A stretch of 64,000 nucleotides of DNA from NCBI RefSeq assembly GCF_963921235.1, contig NC_086097.1, positions 181,848,001 through 181,912,000 on the forward strand. The letters are read 5' to 3'. The notes under the pieces are model-generated. The model was not told where the DNA came from. It searched no databases and saw only the letters and a list, made by a program, of their open reading frames with translations. This document shows positions 36,171 through 49,830 of this stretch, piece by piece. The number at the start of each line of letters is the position of its first letter. Within the stretch, counting starts at the first letter, position 1. The position numbers and the translations under genes are program-made. Source of the DNA: Mobula hypostoma (lineage: Eukaryota).

Positions 36171-36559
36171 CATTGGAACAATAAACTGTGTGTAATGCAA
36201 GATGAGTAGGTTTAAAAGTCTTGCCTTCTGCGCTGTGGGAGATCAGCTAATCTGTGTTTGAACTGACTGTGCCGCACTTATCCATTTGTGCATGATGCCT
36301 TTTACTCTTGCTTTTTCTAGACCCTTGCTATTACTTGAATCAACAAATTATCTTGATTTTGTGTTTTTTGAATCTTGCATTTATTATCTTTACTTATAAT
36401 GACCAGCTTTGGAAACCTGGCAAGTGTTCAGAGTCATTCAGTGGGTGATTTAAAGCTGTGCAAACAACATTTACTACAAGGGAAGATCATACTTTTCCCG
36501 GTGAATAGAATGATCAAAGCAGTACTCAAAGAAACTGAAATTCAAACTGTTACACTTAT

Positions 36560-39500
36560 GTAGAATCAAAGGGGCTGACGAATCGGCTTGTAGGAGGGAG
36601 AATGAAAATCTGGTTGAATGGTGCCACAACAACAACCTCTCACTCAATGTCAGCAAAACTAAAGAGCTGATATTGACTACAGGAGGAAGATACTGAAAGT
36701 TCACGAACCAGTCCTCATCAGGGGATCAGAGGTGGAGAGGGTTGTTAACTTGAAATTCCTTGGCGTTATCATGTCAGAGTATCTGTTCTGGTACCAGTAT
36801 GCAAGTGCAATTGCAATGAAGGCATGAACAGTGGCTCTACTGTCTTAGTTTGTTGCACAGATTTGGCATGTCATCTAAAACTTTGAACATCTATCGATGC
36901 TCAGTAGAAAGTATCCTGACTGTTTGCATTATAACCTGGTATGGAAATACCAATGTCCAAGTATGGAAAAAGTCTTCAAAAAATAGTGAACACAGCTGAA
37001 TCTATCATAGGCAAAGCCCTTCCCACAGCTGGGTACATCAGCAAGGAGTAGTGCCACAAGAAAGAGGCATCCACTATCCAGGCCATGCTCTTGTCTCTGT
37101 CTCTTTAACTTTTGTATTTCTCCATTCTACTATGAATGGCTGGAAGAAAATTAATCTCAAGGATGGTGATATATACATACTTTGATAATAAATTTGCTTT
37201 GAACTTTGATTTTGAAGCAGATTTGTACTATTTGCTGCCTTTTGCATGTTTTAGAAGACATGGAGGCAGAAGTGCTCCTGACGTCCCACCTGAGGTTTGA
37301 TGCACTATCACACTCCAAAAGACTGGAAGTAGAGCAAATAGTGAAAGGCTTTTATTAGCAGTAAAATGTGACCTCCACCATGCTGCAATTAGAACACCTA
37401 TGATTCAGTGACATGAATTGTATCAGTAGCCTCAGAATCGGGTTTAATATCCCTGGCAAATGTCATTAGAATATATATCTAAAATATAAAAAATAAGTAG
37501 TGTGAATAAGAGAGGGAAGAAAAAAAGTGAGATGGGCTCATTGGCCATTTTGAAATCTGATAGTGGAGGGAGAGAAGCTGTTCTTAAAATGCTGAGTTTG
37601 TGGCTTCATGCTCCCCTACCATCATCTTGATGGCAGCAATGAGAAGTGGGCATGTCCTGGTTGATGGGGGTCATTAATGATGGGTGCCCCCTTTTTTTTT
37701 TGAGGTTTCACTTTTTGAAAATGCCCTTGATGCTGAGGAGGCTAACGTCCACGGTGGAGATGGCTGAGTTTGTAACTTTCTGCAGCTTTTTCCAGTCCTG
37801 TGCAGTGGCCCTTCCATATCAGACAATGGTGCAACCAGTAAGAATGCTCTCCGTGGTACATATACAGAAATTTGAGAGTCTCTTTAGTGATGTGCCAAGC
37901 TTGAAACTCCTAATGAAATGTATCTGCTGTCATGCCCTTGTAATTGCATCAGTCGTGTTGGGCCCAAGATGGATCTTCAGAGATGTTGACATCCAGGAAC
38001 TTGAATGTACTCGCCCTTTCCTTTAATGATTACTTGATGAGGACTGGTGTGTGTTCCCCCGACTTACCCTTCCAAAATTTCACAATCAATTCCTTGCTCT
38101 TCTGACATAGACTGCAAGGTTGTTACTGCGCCTAGTCCCCTTTATACACCAGTTAACTGAGTATCCTGTCCTGCAGTGATTTCAAAGTTTAAACTATATT
38201 TATTATCAAAGTACGTGTATGTCATCATATATACTACAACTCTGAATTTCGTTTACTTGCAGGTATTCTCAGTAAATCCAGTAACCACAATAGAAAGACC
38301 ACACCCAACAGGGCAGACAGGAAACTGTGCAAGTACAAAAGAAATAATGGTAAATAAATAGGCAAAAATATCAATAACATAAGGTGAAGAGTCCATGAAG
38401 GTTAGATCATAGGTTGTGAGAACAGTTCAGTGATGGGGCAAGTGAAATGGAGTGAAGTTATTCCCTTTGGTTCAGGAATGTGATGGTTGAGGGGTAATAA
38501 CTGTCTGAACCTGGTGATGGCATCAGCGAGAAGACAGATCGACCTGGGTGATGGGGATCCCTGATGATGGATACTGCTTTTCTGCAACAATGCTCTGTGT
38601 GGTCGTACTCACTGGTGGGGAAGTCTTTAACCGTGATGGTCTGAGCTGTATCCAAATCAAGTTTGCATCAGCATACAATGCTCCCTCGGTCGACATCTTC
38701 CAGATAGCGCATGAAAGTCACTTTTTAAGGTTTTCTTTTCTGTCTGTTTTATTCCTTAAATGTGTTTTTGGAACTGTGAGCCTGCAATTTACAGTTTGGA
38801 GATCGATTGAATAATCCACCATTTTGCTGTCTCCGAGAGAAGATTATACTTTATTGTCGCCAAACAATTGATACTAGAACGTAGAATCATCATAGTGATA
38901 TTTGATTCTGCATTTCCCGCTCCCTGGATTACAAATCGATAGTAAATATTAAAAATTTAAATTATAAATCATAAATAGAAAATAGAAAAATGGAAAGTAA
39001 GGTAGTAAGATTTTGGGAAACGAATGTATACTTGGACAGTCCTGATGCGAAGAAATTTTGAAATAGGGCGCCAGCAGATGTTCGACTCCATTTCACTGAA
39101 TGAAGCATTCATTAATCGCTGGTTAAAGCAGAGAGGAAGATTGAGTTATTGAGGCGGGTTGGTATTTTGTTGTGTTTGTGTTAGTTCTCTTTGTGTGGGG
39201 GAGGTTTATTTTTTCCATTTTGTGCGAAGTGAGAGGTTTTTGGGGTTGATGATTGTGTTTCTGTTCATTTTTGTGGTTTTGATGTTTCTTTCTGAATGAC
39301 TTTCATTGTTTTGTGGCTATTTGGAGAAGACAAATTTCAGATTTGTACATGGGTACATGCTTTGATAATAAATTAATCTTTGAACTTTTGTACTTTTCAT
39401 AGGATTTTCCATTCAAGGTTATTGGTGTTTCTGTACCAGGATGTGATGCAGCCAGTCTACTCTCCACACATCTATAGAAGTTTGTCAAAGTTTTTGATGC

Positions 39501-40015
39501 CATGCCGAATCTTTGTAGGATTTTAAGTAGAGGTCTGCCAGTCTTTCTTCGTAATTGTACTTGCATGCTGGGCCCAGGACAGGTCCTCTGAAATTATAAC
39601 ACTGAGGAATTTAAAGTTGCTGACCCTCTCCACTCTGATCCCTCAGTGAGGACTGGCTCATGGACCTCTGGTCTCCTCCTCTTGAAGTCAATATTCAGCC
39701 TCTTATGCTTGATGACTTGTGGCACCACTCAGCCAGATTTTCAACCTCCCTCCAATATAGTGATTTGTCACCACCTTTGATTCGCCAATGACAGTGATGT
39801 TGCCAGCAAACTTAAATATGGCATTGGAGCTGTGCTTAGCCACACAGTCATAAGTGTAAAGCAGGTAGACCAGGGAGCTAGGCACAGAGCCTTGTGGTTC
39901 ACCTGTGCTGATGGAGATTGTGGAAGAGATGAAATCGAGGATCCAATAGCACAACGAAGCATTGAGGCCAAGGTCATGAAGCTTATTGATTAGTTTTGAG
40001 GGGATGATAGTATTG
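36560..40015. mobile_element. Cluster of degenerate Rex1/Babar fragments (+ about 36560-37205; - about 37430-38130, 38180-38650, 39410-40015)
   Basis: gaatggtgccacaacaacaacctctcactcaatgtcagcaaaac, [28 protein letters not shown] and RKAVSIIRDPHHPG. Confidence 0.7.
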
Positions 40016-40342
40016 ACTTAGTCCAATAGTACAGATTTGTGTTCTCCATCAATATAACAAGGCTTACAATAACTTGTGATTAAAAATCAAAAGAATATTT
40101 AAGTTCTGATGAAGGGTCCTGGATATGAAAAGATAACTGCTTCGCTTTCCATGAATGCTGCCTGACTGCCTCCAGTATTTTCTTAACACAGTTAAGTTAA
40201 TTGATCATAGCAGAGTAAAGAGAAAGGTCATGCTTTCTCATGTCAGTGCATTGATGAAAAGAAGGTATACTCTAACTTCCCTATAGCAGTTTTGATCTTT
40301 TACTCACGGCAGTGTATTTTTCAAAACCTCTGACCCCTCAGT

Positions 40343-42875
40343 ACCATAGAACCATAGAAACTACAGCACAGGAACAGGCCCTTTGGCCCTTCTTGGCTGT
40401 ACCGAACCATTTTCTGCCTAGTCTCACTGACCTGCACACGGACCATATCCCTCCATACACCTCCCATCCATGTATCTGTCCAATTTATTCTTAAATGTTA
40501 AAAAAGAACCCGCATTTACCACCTCGTCTGGCAGCTCATTCCATACTCCCACCACTCTCTGTGTGAAGAAGCCCCCCCTAATGTTCCCTTTAAACTTTTC
40601 CCCCCTCACCCTTAACCCATGTCCTCTTTTTTTCCTCCCCTTGCCTCAGTGGAAAAAGCCTGCTTGCATTCACTCTATCTATACCCATCGTAATTTTATA
40701 TACCTCTATCAAATCTCCCCTCATTCTTCTACGCTCCAGGGAATAAAGTCCTAACCTATTCAACCTTTAACCATAACCATATAACCATATAACAATTACA
40801 GCACGGAAACAGGCCATCTCGGCCCTTCTAGTCCACGCCGAACTCTTACCCTATCGTAGTCCCACCCACCTGCACTCAGCCCATAACCCTCCATTCCTTT
40901 CCTGTACATATATCTATCCAAGTTAACTTTAAACGACAACATAGAACCTGCCCCAACCACTTATGTTGGAAGCTCATTCCACACAGCTACCACTCTCTGA
41001 GTAAAGAAGTTCCCCCTCATGTTACCCCTGAGGACCTTGTCAAAGGCCTTACTGAAGTCCATATAGACAACATTAAAAGTATTATATATGAATGCATGGA
41101 GTATAGGAAATAAAATGGATGAGCTTGAGGCTCAATTGGAAATTGGCAAGTATGATGTTGTGGGAATAACAGAGACATGCCTGCAGGAGGACCAGGGCTG
41201 GGAAATGAATATTCAGGGTATGCATCCTATCAAAAGAACAGACAGGTTGGCAGAGGGGGTGGGGTCGCTGTGTTGGTGAGGAATGAAATTCAGTCACTTG
41301 CGAGGGGGGACACAGAATCAGCAGATGTAGAGTCAGTATGGATAGAACTGAGAAACTGTAAGGGCAAAAAGACCCTAATGGGAGTTATCTACAGGCCCCC
41401 AAACAGTAGCCTGGATATAGAGTGCAAGTTAAATCAAGAGTTAAAAAATTTGGCATGTCGCAAAGGTAATTCTACAGTTGTCATGGGGTATTTCAACATG
41501 CAGGCAGACTGGGAAAATCAGGTTGGTGCTGGACCCCAAGAAAGGGAGTTTGTGGAATGCCTCAGAGATGGATTCTTAGAGCGGCTTGTATTGGAGCCTA
41601 CCAGGGAGAAGTCGATTCTGGATTTAGTGTTGTGTAATGAGCCAGATTTGATAAGGGAACTCGTGCTAAAGGAGCCATTAGGAGGTAGTGACCATAATAT
41701 GATAAGTTTTAATCTACAATTTGAGAGGGAGAAGGGAAAATCGGAAGTGTCAGTATTACAGTTGAACAAAGGGGACTATGGACCCATGAGGGAGGAGCTG
41801 GCCAAAATTGACTGGAAAGATACCCTAGCAGGGGTGACAGTGGAACAACAATGGCACGTATTTCTGGGAATAATACAGAATTTGCAGGATCAGTTCATTC
41901 CAAAGAGGAAGAAAGATTCTAAGGGGAGTAAGGGGCGAATATGGATGACAAGGGAAGTCACGGACAGTATAAAAATAAAAGAGGAGAAATATAACATAGC
42001 AAGGATGAGCAGGAAGCCAGAGGATTGGGAGACTTTTAAGCAGCAACAAAAGATCACTAAAAAGGCAATACAGGGGGAAAAGATGAGGTACGAAGGTAAG
42101 CTAGCTAAGAATATAAAGGAGGATAGTAAAAGCTTCTTTAGGTATGTGAAGAGGAAAAAATTAGTTAAGACCAAAGTTGGGCCCTTGAAGACAGAAACGG
42201 GTGAAATTATTATGGGGAGCAAGGAAATGGCAGACGAGCTGAACAGGTACTTTGGATCTGTCTTCAATAGGGAAGACACAAACAATCTCCCAGATGTAAT
42301 AGTGGCCAGAGGGCCTAGGGTGACGGAGGAACTGGAGGAAATTTGCATTAGGCAGAAAATGGTGTTGGGTAAACTGATGGAACTGAAGGCTGATAAATCC
42401 CCAGGGCCTGATGGTCTGCATCGCAGGGTACTTAAGGAGGTGGCTCTAGAAACCGTGGACTCATTGGTAATCATTTTCCAATGTTCTATAGATTCAGGAT
42501 CAGTTCCTGTGGATTGGATTTCTCTGTAACTGAGTTTCACAAGTCCCGGCAACATCCTTGTAAACCTTCTCTGCACTCTTTCAACCTTATTTATATCCTT
42601 CCTGTAATTTGGTGACCAAAACTGAACCCAATACTCCAGATTCGGCCTCAGCAATGCCTTATACAACCTCATCATAACATTCCAGCTCTTATACTCAATA
42701 CTTCGATTAATAAAGGCCAATGTACCAAAAGCTCTCTTTACGACCCTATCTACCTGTGACGACACTTCTAGGGAATTTTGTATCTGTATTCCCAGATCCC
42801 TCTGTTCCACTGTACTCCTCAGTGCCTTACTATTAACCCTGTATGTTCTACGTTGGTTTGTCCTTGCAACGTGCA
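40343..42875 (-). mobile_element. CR1 3' fragment (40343-40768 and 42519-42875) split by a 1.75-kb composite insertion
   Basis: caaccttt|...|tttctctgtaac rejoins into continuous CR1 sequence; EQRDLGIQIQNSL..RPNLEYWVQFWSP and FFTQRVVGVWNELP. Confidence 0.85.
41073..42518 (+). pseudogene. CR1 ORF2 fragment (APE + tether + RT start)
   Basis: ORFs 41088..41279 and 41177..42529: VGITET, YRPPN, SDH and DKSPGPDG; stops at SVPVDW. Confidence 0.9.
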
Positions 42876-43014
42876 ATTTTATCATTGTCCATTCACAAAC
42901 AGCATATTCTATTCAGGCAGATCATACTTTACCCAGTGGAAAAAAGTGATTAAAGGTATGCTTCCAGAAGCTGACTTTGTAGTGGTCCAGTGCTGCAAAC
43001 TCTGTAGAGAAATG

Positions 43015-44045
43015 CAGTGAATTCCAGTTAATTGGGCTAATGGTTAATCAGGGCAGCCACTTCTTTCAATAGTTCCATTTAATTCAGAGAAATGTATACA
43101 ATATACTGCATATCCTGAAATTCTTGTTCTTCACAAATATCCATGAAAACAGAAGAGTGCTCCAAAGAATGGGTGACAGTATAAACATTAGAACCCCAAA
43201 GCCTTCCCACGCACTATCAGCAGCAAAGCAACAACCCTCCCCCCTTCACTTGCGTAATAAAAGCATCAGCACCCTCCACCCACGAAGAAAAAGCATGATC
43301 TTCAGTACAACGAAAATCATTCATCTGATAATCCTGCTGATTTGTGATGATAACGCCTGTCGCATCGCTTTTCTTTCCCCAAGTTTATTGACTTAACAAT
43401 TGGCAATAAACTCTCCACCGCCAACAAGAGAGAGAGCACGATTCGCCAAATACAGAGTTTCTGACAGCTGATACGCTGTTCCTGATGCTCTGTTTTCTCC
43501 CACAGCACTTCAGTTGGTGGCACCGGCAAGAATCAGCTGGTTACAGGGCCGCAGAGCCTGAGAACCCCGAAGGCATGCTCATCTTCTGGGCTGTGTCCTT
43601 GGGATTTTGAAAAGTGGCTGGTTGTGAGCCCCCAGGTGCGGGCCCACCACTACAAAGAACCAAAGTCTGAGTGTAACTACAGGTCAGAGTCTCCAACAGA
43701 ACTCCATCCACCCTGAAAGGAAAAAGAGAGACTTCAAAGGTAGAAAATAAACATTTCCTCAAATGAGTTTACGGGAGTCACTGTTGGTGTCCTTATAGCT
43801 CTGTCCCAGAAGTGTGGACAAGTCTTGAAGAACAAAAACTAATTGAGAACATTGCCAGGGTTATTTTCATGTATTTGGGACACAATGCTACTTAATTGGG
43901 ACAGGAGACTGTTGCAAACAGATTCTAACTGGCATCAGTTGCGCGCATTTGTGTGGTCATTAGATGCTGCTCTGTGCTTGGAGTGAACAGGTTTTAAATA
44001 ACGACAGTTGTGTGTGTTTGTGTTCAAAAAGCAGTGATGTTTGTG
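43015..44045. mobile_element. Tigger-like MITE fragment (same family as 6868-7673), interrupted at about 43070-43810
   Basis: cagtgaattccagttaattggg left end; cttaattgggacaggagactgttgc internal match. Confidence 0.65.
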
Positions 44046-44359
44046 CATTAGTTCATCCTTGCTCTACAAGGGATGAGGTCTTTAGAGCTTCTGTTGGTGT
44101 TTCTGTAGCACAGCCCAACCCACCTCCTTTCACAGCTGAGCTAGGACCCCATGTTTTCTCTGTACATCAACTCTCCTTAGCCCCTGCATTTACTTAATAT
44201 GCCCTGTTAATATTTGATATCCTAAAATGCATTACCTTAGACTTGTCTGGATTAACTTCCGTCTTCTCCCACTCCATCAACTTTCCCACTGATCTATATC
44301 CTTCAGTATTTTTGTTATAATAATTATAAAGCTTACGCAGCTTATCTACTGCTGTATTT

Positions 44360-45460
44360 TGTAGGAGACAGCTTATCTACTAGTGTCTTTTATAACTTTG
44401 CCTCCAACTTACACCCCTGCCCTCAAATTTACCTGTCTCTTTCTCGATCTCTGTCTCTATCTTCGGAGACTGCTTACCTACTGATGTCTTTTATAAACCC
44501 ACTGACTCTCACAGCTACCTGGACTATACCTCTCCCCACCCTGTTACTTGTAAAAATGCCATCCCCTTCTCTCAATTCCTCTGTCTCTGCCACACCTGCT
44601 TTCAGGATGAGGCTTTTTCATTCCAGAACAAAGGAACTGTCTCCTTCTTCAAAGAAAAGGGCTTCCCTTCTTTCACCGTCAATGCTGCCCTCACCTGTAT
44701 CTTTTCCATTTCGTGCAAATTTGCCTTCCTGCCACCCTACCAGGGATAGGGTTGCTTTTGTCCTCACTTACCACTCCACCAGTCTTCGCATCCAACATGT
44801 AAATTTTCATACCTTCTGTCATCTCCAAAGGGATTCCACCACCAAATACATCTCACCCCACCCCCCACCAACCACCAATTTCTGCTTTCTGCAGGGATCG
44901 CTTCCTACTTGACTTCCTTGTCCATTCATCCCTCCCAGCACTTATCCTTGCAAGCTGAACAAGTGCTAACCTCCTCCCTCATTACCATTCATTGCCCCAA
45001 ACAAGTTCTTCCAGATGAGGCGACATTTCACCTGTGAATCTGTTGGGGTCATTCCCCTTTGCCATTTCCGTCTCTGGATTTATCTCCTTACCTGCCGATC
45101 ACCTCCCTCTGGTGCTCCTTCCTCTTCCCTTCCCTCCCATGGCCTCCTGTCCTCTCCTATCAGATTCCCCTTCCTCTAGCCCTTTACCTCTTTCACCAAT
45201 TGACTTCTCAGCTCTTTACTTCACCCCTATCCCACTCCGGTTTCACCTATTACCTGATACCTTGTATTACTTCCTCACCTCTTCCCCCCCCCCCCACCAC
45301 CTTCTTTCTTGACCTCATCTTTTTTCTCCAGCCCGATGAAGGATCTCAACCTGAAAAGTTGACTTGTTTCCATAAATGCTGCCTGGCCTGCTGAGTCCCT
45401 CCAGCATTTGTAGGGGTGTGTTGCTTGAATTTCCAGCATCTGCAGATTTTCTCTTGTTTT
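44360..45460 (+). mobile_element. Penelope-like element fragment with internal deletion and complete terminal repeat
   Basis: tataaacccactgactctcacagctacctggactatacc (YKPTDSHSYLDY, PLE thumb); mutated hammerhead ccgatga-agg..cct-gaaa at about 45329-45364. Confidence 0.85.
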
Positions 45461-47134
45461 TATAATTACCTTCGCTGGTGTTGGTTGGGGAAAGGATGTT
45501 GACCAGGGTGCCAAGAACTTTATACCAGTTGCCCTTCTTTCCCTGTGTGATGTTTAGGTTGAGTTAGTCCTTGTGATACCGTATATGAACAGCTTCAGTC
45601 TCGCTGGAATATTTCTCCTTTGAAAAGGCCATTATTTAGGTGCTTTACAGGTGATTTTTCTTCATTTTCTGCCAATCATTTTTTATCCCCGCCTCATTTT
45701 TCTTTGATCACTGCACCCAAATGAACCTTGTTTTCTTCTATTCTAATTGTGTTCTTTCTTTAAAAAATCGTGTATGATTTATGTTTAGTTTAGGGTTTTC
45801 TTGTGAATGTTGCTGCTGTAAATTTTGTTATCTGCCTGCAATGCTGCTGAAAGTTTTTCATTGCACCTGTGCATAAATCTACTTCTGGATATGACAATAA
45901 ACTTGACTTTAACTTTGAGGGAAACTCTGATGTTGTTACTGACTTGAATTCCCTCAATTCATTTCTGTGTGATTCTGCTGGAATAAAATTAGGTTTGATT
46001 CATTTGTCTTTCAGTGTGTTGACCCTCACCTCCATGCACTGGAAGCATTCTGTGGTGCAAGAAAACATCCCATTTCTATCTTGTCTTTAGCAATGACCGA
46101 GACAATACATGTTATGCCATTAAATGCTTACAGATAAACTTATCAGACAGCTGTTTTTGTTGGGAGGTTGAAGACCAAGCAAATATTCTGGCACCTCTGA
46201 GATGACGAGGGGACTCGCCTTCTCTTAGATATCTGTGCATTTTCAGGGCAAGTTTTGGTCCAGGGAAGAGGGAAGAATCACATGTAGAAAGAGAACTGCA
46301 ATCCATTTAATGTCTGTGGTGTAAGATGTCTGTGTATTCTCCATCACGTGCTCTTATTAAATGGAAATTACTGCTTAGAATTGAAATGCAAAAATGTCCA
46401 GAATATGTAATCAATTAGGATAGGGCGCAATTATACTGAGAGTGCCAATTCGTATGCTTGTCCTTTGTTGTGTGGGCTGGTTTTATCCTCGTGGTTTAAT
46501 CTGATTTATATTTATAAAATGTGTGGAATGATGGCGAGTGGGAGGTGATCATTGGAATATATAAGATCCTGAGGGGCCTAGAAAGGATAAGAATTATGTT
46601 TCTTAGGGGGGGAATGTGTAATTAGGGATCGTTGTTTAAAATAATGGAAATAAGCTAAATTTTTTCTCAGAGGTTATGAGTCTTGAGAATTCTCTTCTTC
46701 AAATGCCAGTAAAAACAGGGTCTTTGTTCCAGGAGTAAGACCTCAGATTGAGGCCTTGGTTTTAAACTCTCCCCCCCACCAATAAGATTCCAAAGGGTTG
46801 TAATGACTCACTTCATTTTAAATTCTTGCTTGCCTTCACTGACAGGCAGCTCATGGAAAGGGTTCCACCTTTTTCAGTGTTTTGAGTGGGTTTTTATTGT
46901 TGACAGGTGTGAGGAGAGGTAGTATGGCAGTAACGTTGTGCCACAGAGACATGTTGGTAGTGGATTTTTTTTTCTGTGTTTAATATAAAGCCCATTCTTT
47001 TACACATTTTGGTCAATAGTACCTTTGAGCTTGATAGTGCACGCACGAAAGCAAATGTCACTTGTATGCAGCGGCTTGATGACTGAGGTTGAGTGATTTA
47101 ACATCTAACATTTAATATTCAACATTTTCAACAT

Positions 47135-48611
47135 CTCCCTTAGTCAAGCTATTGTCCCCAGATGCTTCAAAACCTCCACAGTCATCCCTGTAGCAAAGAA
47201 ATCAGTTGTAGCCTGTCTGAATGATTACCGTCCCGTTGCCCTGACCCCCATAGTGATGAAATGGTTTGACTGGCTTGTCAAGCCTCATATCACAGCCAGC
47301 CTCCCTTCATCGCTGGAACCTCTACAGTTTGCTTATCGTCCAAATCGCTCTACGGAGGACACAATATCCACCACACTGCACACAGTTCTCTCTCACTTGG
47401 ACAACAAAGACACTTATGCCAGAATCCTGTACATTGATTTCAGTTCAGCGTTCAGTACCATCATCCCGCAGAGACTAGTGGAGAAACTGTCGCTGCTTGG
47501 CCTTAGCACTACCATGTGTCGCTGGATTCTGGATTTCTTGACAGGGAGACCACAGTCGTCCGTGTTGGCAGGAACATCTCTGACTCCATCACACTGAGCA
47601 CTGGATCCCCACAAGGCTGTGTGCTTAGCCCATCGCTGTTTACACTGCTAACACATGACTGTGCAGCCAGATTCAAGGAGAACCTGATCATTAAATTTGC
47701 AGTTGATACCACAGTGGTGGGGCTCATCAGCAAAAATGATGAAACAATGTACAGGGAGGAGGTCAAACACCTAGAGAGCTGGTGCTGGGATAACAACTTG
47801 ATGCTTAATGTCACCAAAACCAAGGAGATGATCGTCGATTTCAGACGGTCTCAGCCTGAGCACACACCCCTCAGCATCAGCGACTCCACAGTGGAGAGAG
47901 TGGAAAACATCAAGTTCCTTGGGGGGCAGATCTCAGACAATCTCACCTGGTCCAGAAACACCACTGGGATTGTGAAACAGGCCCAGCAGAGATTGCACTC
48001 TCTAAGGAAGCTTAAACAAGCATCACTCCCCACTAACATCTTAACTACATTCTACAGAGGCGTGGTTGAGAGTGGTGCTGACCTTTTGCATCACAACCTG
48101 GTACTCCAGCTGCAGTGCTGTTGACAAAAAAGCCTTGCAGAGGGTGGTTAGGGGAGCAGAGAAGGTTATTGGGGTCTCCCTACCTTCTGTCCAAGACCTC
48201 TTTCAGAGTCAATGCCTCCAGAAGACACGGTACATCATTAAAGTCCCTTCACACCCTCTCCATGAACTGTTTGTTCTCCTGCCATCAGGCAAACGTTACA
48301 GGAGCATCAAAACTAAAACCACAAGGCTACTAAATGGCTTCCTCCCATAGGCAGTCAGACTGCTAAATAGCTGCTCTACCTGACTCTGCTTTGGACACTT
48401 TTAACTTGCACTGGACACCTTTAACTGATTTTAACTGACATGTGGCTGTTGTGTTTTACTATTTATTGTTATGTTTATTATTTAGTGTTGCGTTTGTTAT
48501 GTTATGATTGCACTGCCCCTAAGAAACGCTGTCTCATTCTGCCCTGCAGAGCTGATGTACCGTTAGAATGACAATGAAGTTGTTTGAATTTGAATTGAAT
48601 TGAATTGAATT
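47135..48611 (+). mobile_element. Young 5'-truncated Rex1/Babar LINE with (TTGAA)n tail
   Basis: [41 protein letters not shown] and KFAVDTTVVG; few frameshifts. Confidence 0.9.
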
Positions 48612-49124
48612 TAGGTGATGCAATCATGCTTGACATCAGTCTGCACTGATATTGAATCATGGCTGCTGAGGACTGGGGAAGTTTGCTTAATAAATGCAGC
48701 CAATACAGGGAAGCCTTTTCTCCATTTCCCACCTCCCATTTCTTTAGAATCAAGGCATTTACAGGGTTGCAAAAGGCCACACAGAGAGGGAGATGTTGTA
48801 TCCTGAGTTTTTTGGGGAGTTATTGAGCAGTGAAGATGGGGTCCACTGTACTACTTGATGTATGGAATTGTACTGCAACTTGGAAAGGTTTTCATACCAT
48901 TGGAGAAAATGAAGTGACGGAGAACCCCAGTTCATTGTTGGGGGTTTGAGATAGGTCCAGTATTATTCCATAACTCTTCAAGCTTATTTGTCCCCTTGGG
49001 TTATGTATTAAGCTTAACTTTTATTTAAAACAAATCATAAAAACCCTTCTGGTGGATAAATGTAACACTAAGGTAATGAGTAAATGATTTTGAATAATTG
49101 ACAGTAGATTAAGCTTACACACAA

Positions 49125-49830
49125 ACCATAAAGCCATAAGAAGTAGGAGCAGAATTAGGCCATTCAACCCTGTGAGTTTGCTCCATTATTCCACCATAGC
49201 TGATTTATTATTCTTCTCCAACCTATTCTCCTGCCTTCTCCTGATAACTTTTGACACCCCTCCACACCAAGAACCTATCTACCTCTGCTTTAAATATACT
49301 CAGGGACTTTGCCTCCACAGCTGTCTGTAGCAAAGAATTCCACCCCCTGGCTAAAAAATTTCCCTCTTACCTCTGTTCTAATGGGATGTCTTGTATTCTG
49401 AGGCTGTGCCTTCTGGTTCTAGACTCCCCTCTGAAGGAAATATCCTCTCCACATCCATTTTATCTAGGCCTTTACATATTTGATGTGTTTCAATGAGATC
49501 CCCCCCCACCATTCTTCTGAACTTCAGCAAGTACAGGTTCAGAACCATGAATCACTCCTTGTATTAACCCTTTCATTCCCAGGATTATTCTCATGAACCA
49601 CTTTTGGATTTTCTGCAATGCCAGCACATCCTTCCTGTATAGGGGGCCTAAAATTACTCGCGATACTCCACAAGTGTGGTCTGACTAATCCCATATAAAG
49701 CCTCAGTAATATATCCTTGCTTTTATGTTCTTGTCTTCTCGAAATGAATGTTAACATTGCATTTGGCTTTCTTACCACCGACTCAATCAGCAAGAATCCT
49801 GTGTGAGGACTCCTAAAATACTTCTGACTC
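49125..49830 (-). mobile_element. CR1 3' fragment
   Basis: ESVVRKPNAMLTFISR..LRLYMGLVRPHL; tail ggagcagaattaggccattca. Confidence 0.8.

Noticed and set aside
41890..42885. 331-aa minus-strand ORF as a novel fusion gene
   Set aside because: It is a CR1 C-terminal fragment reading across the insertion junction into the antisense strand of another CR1.
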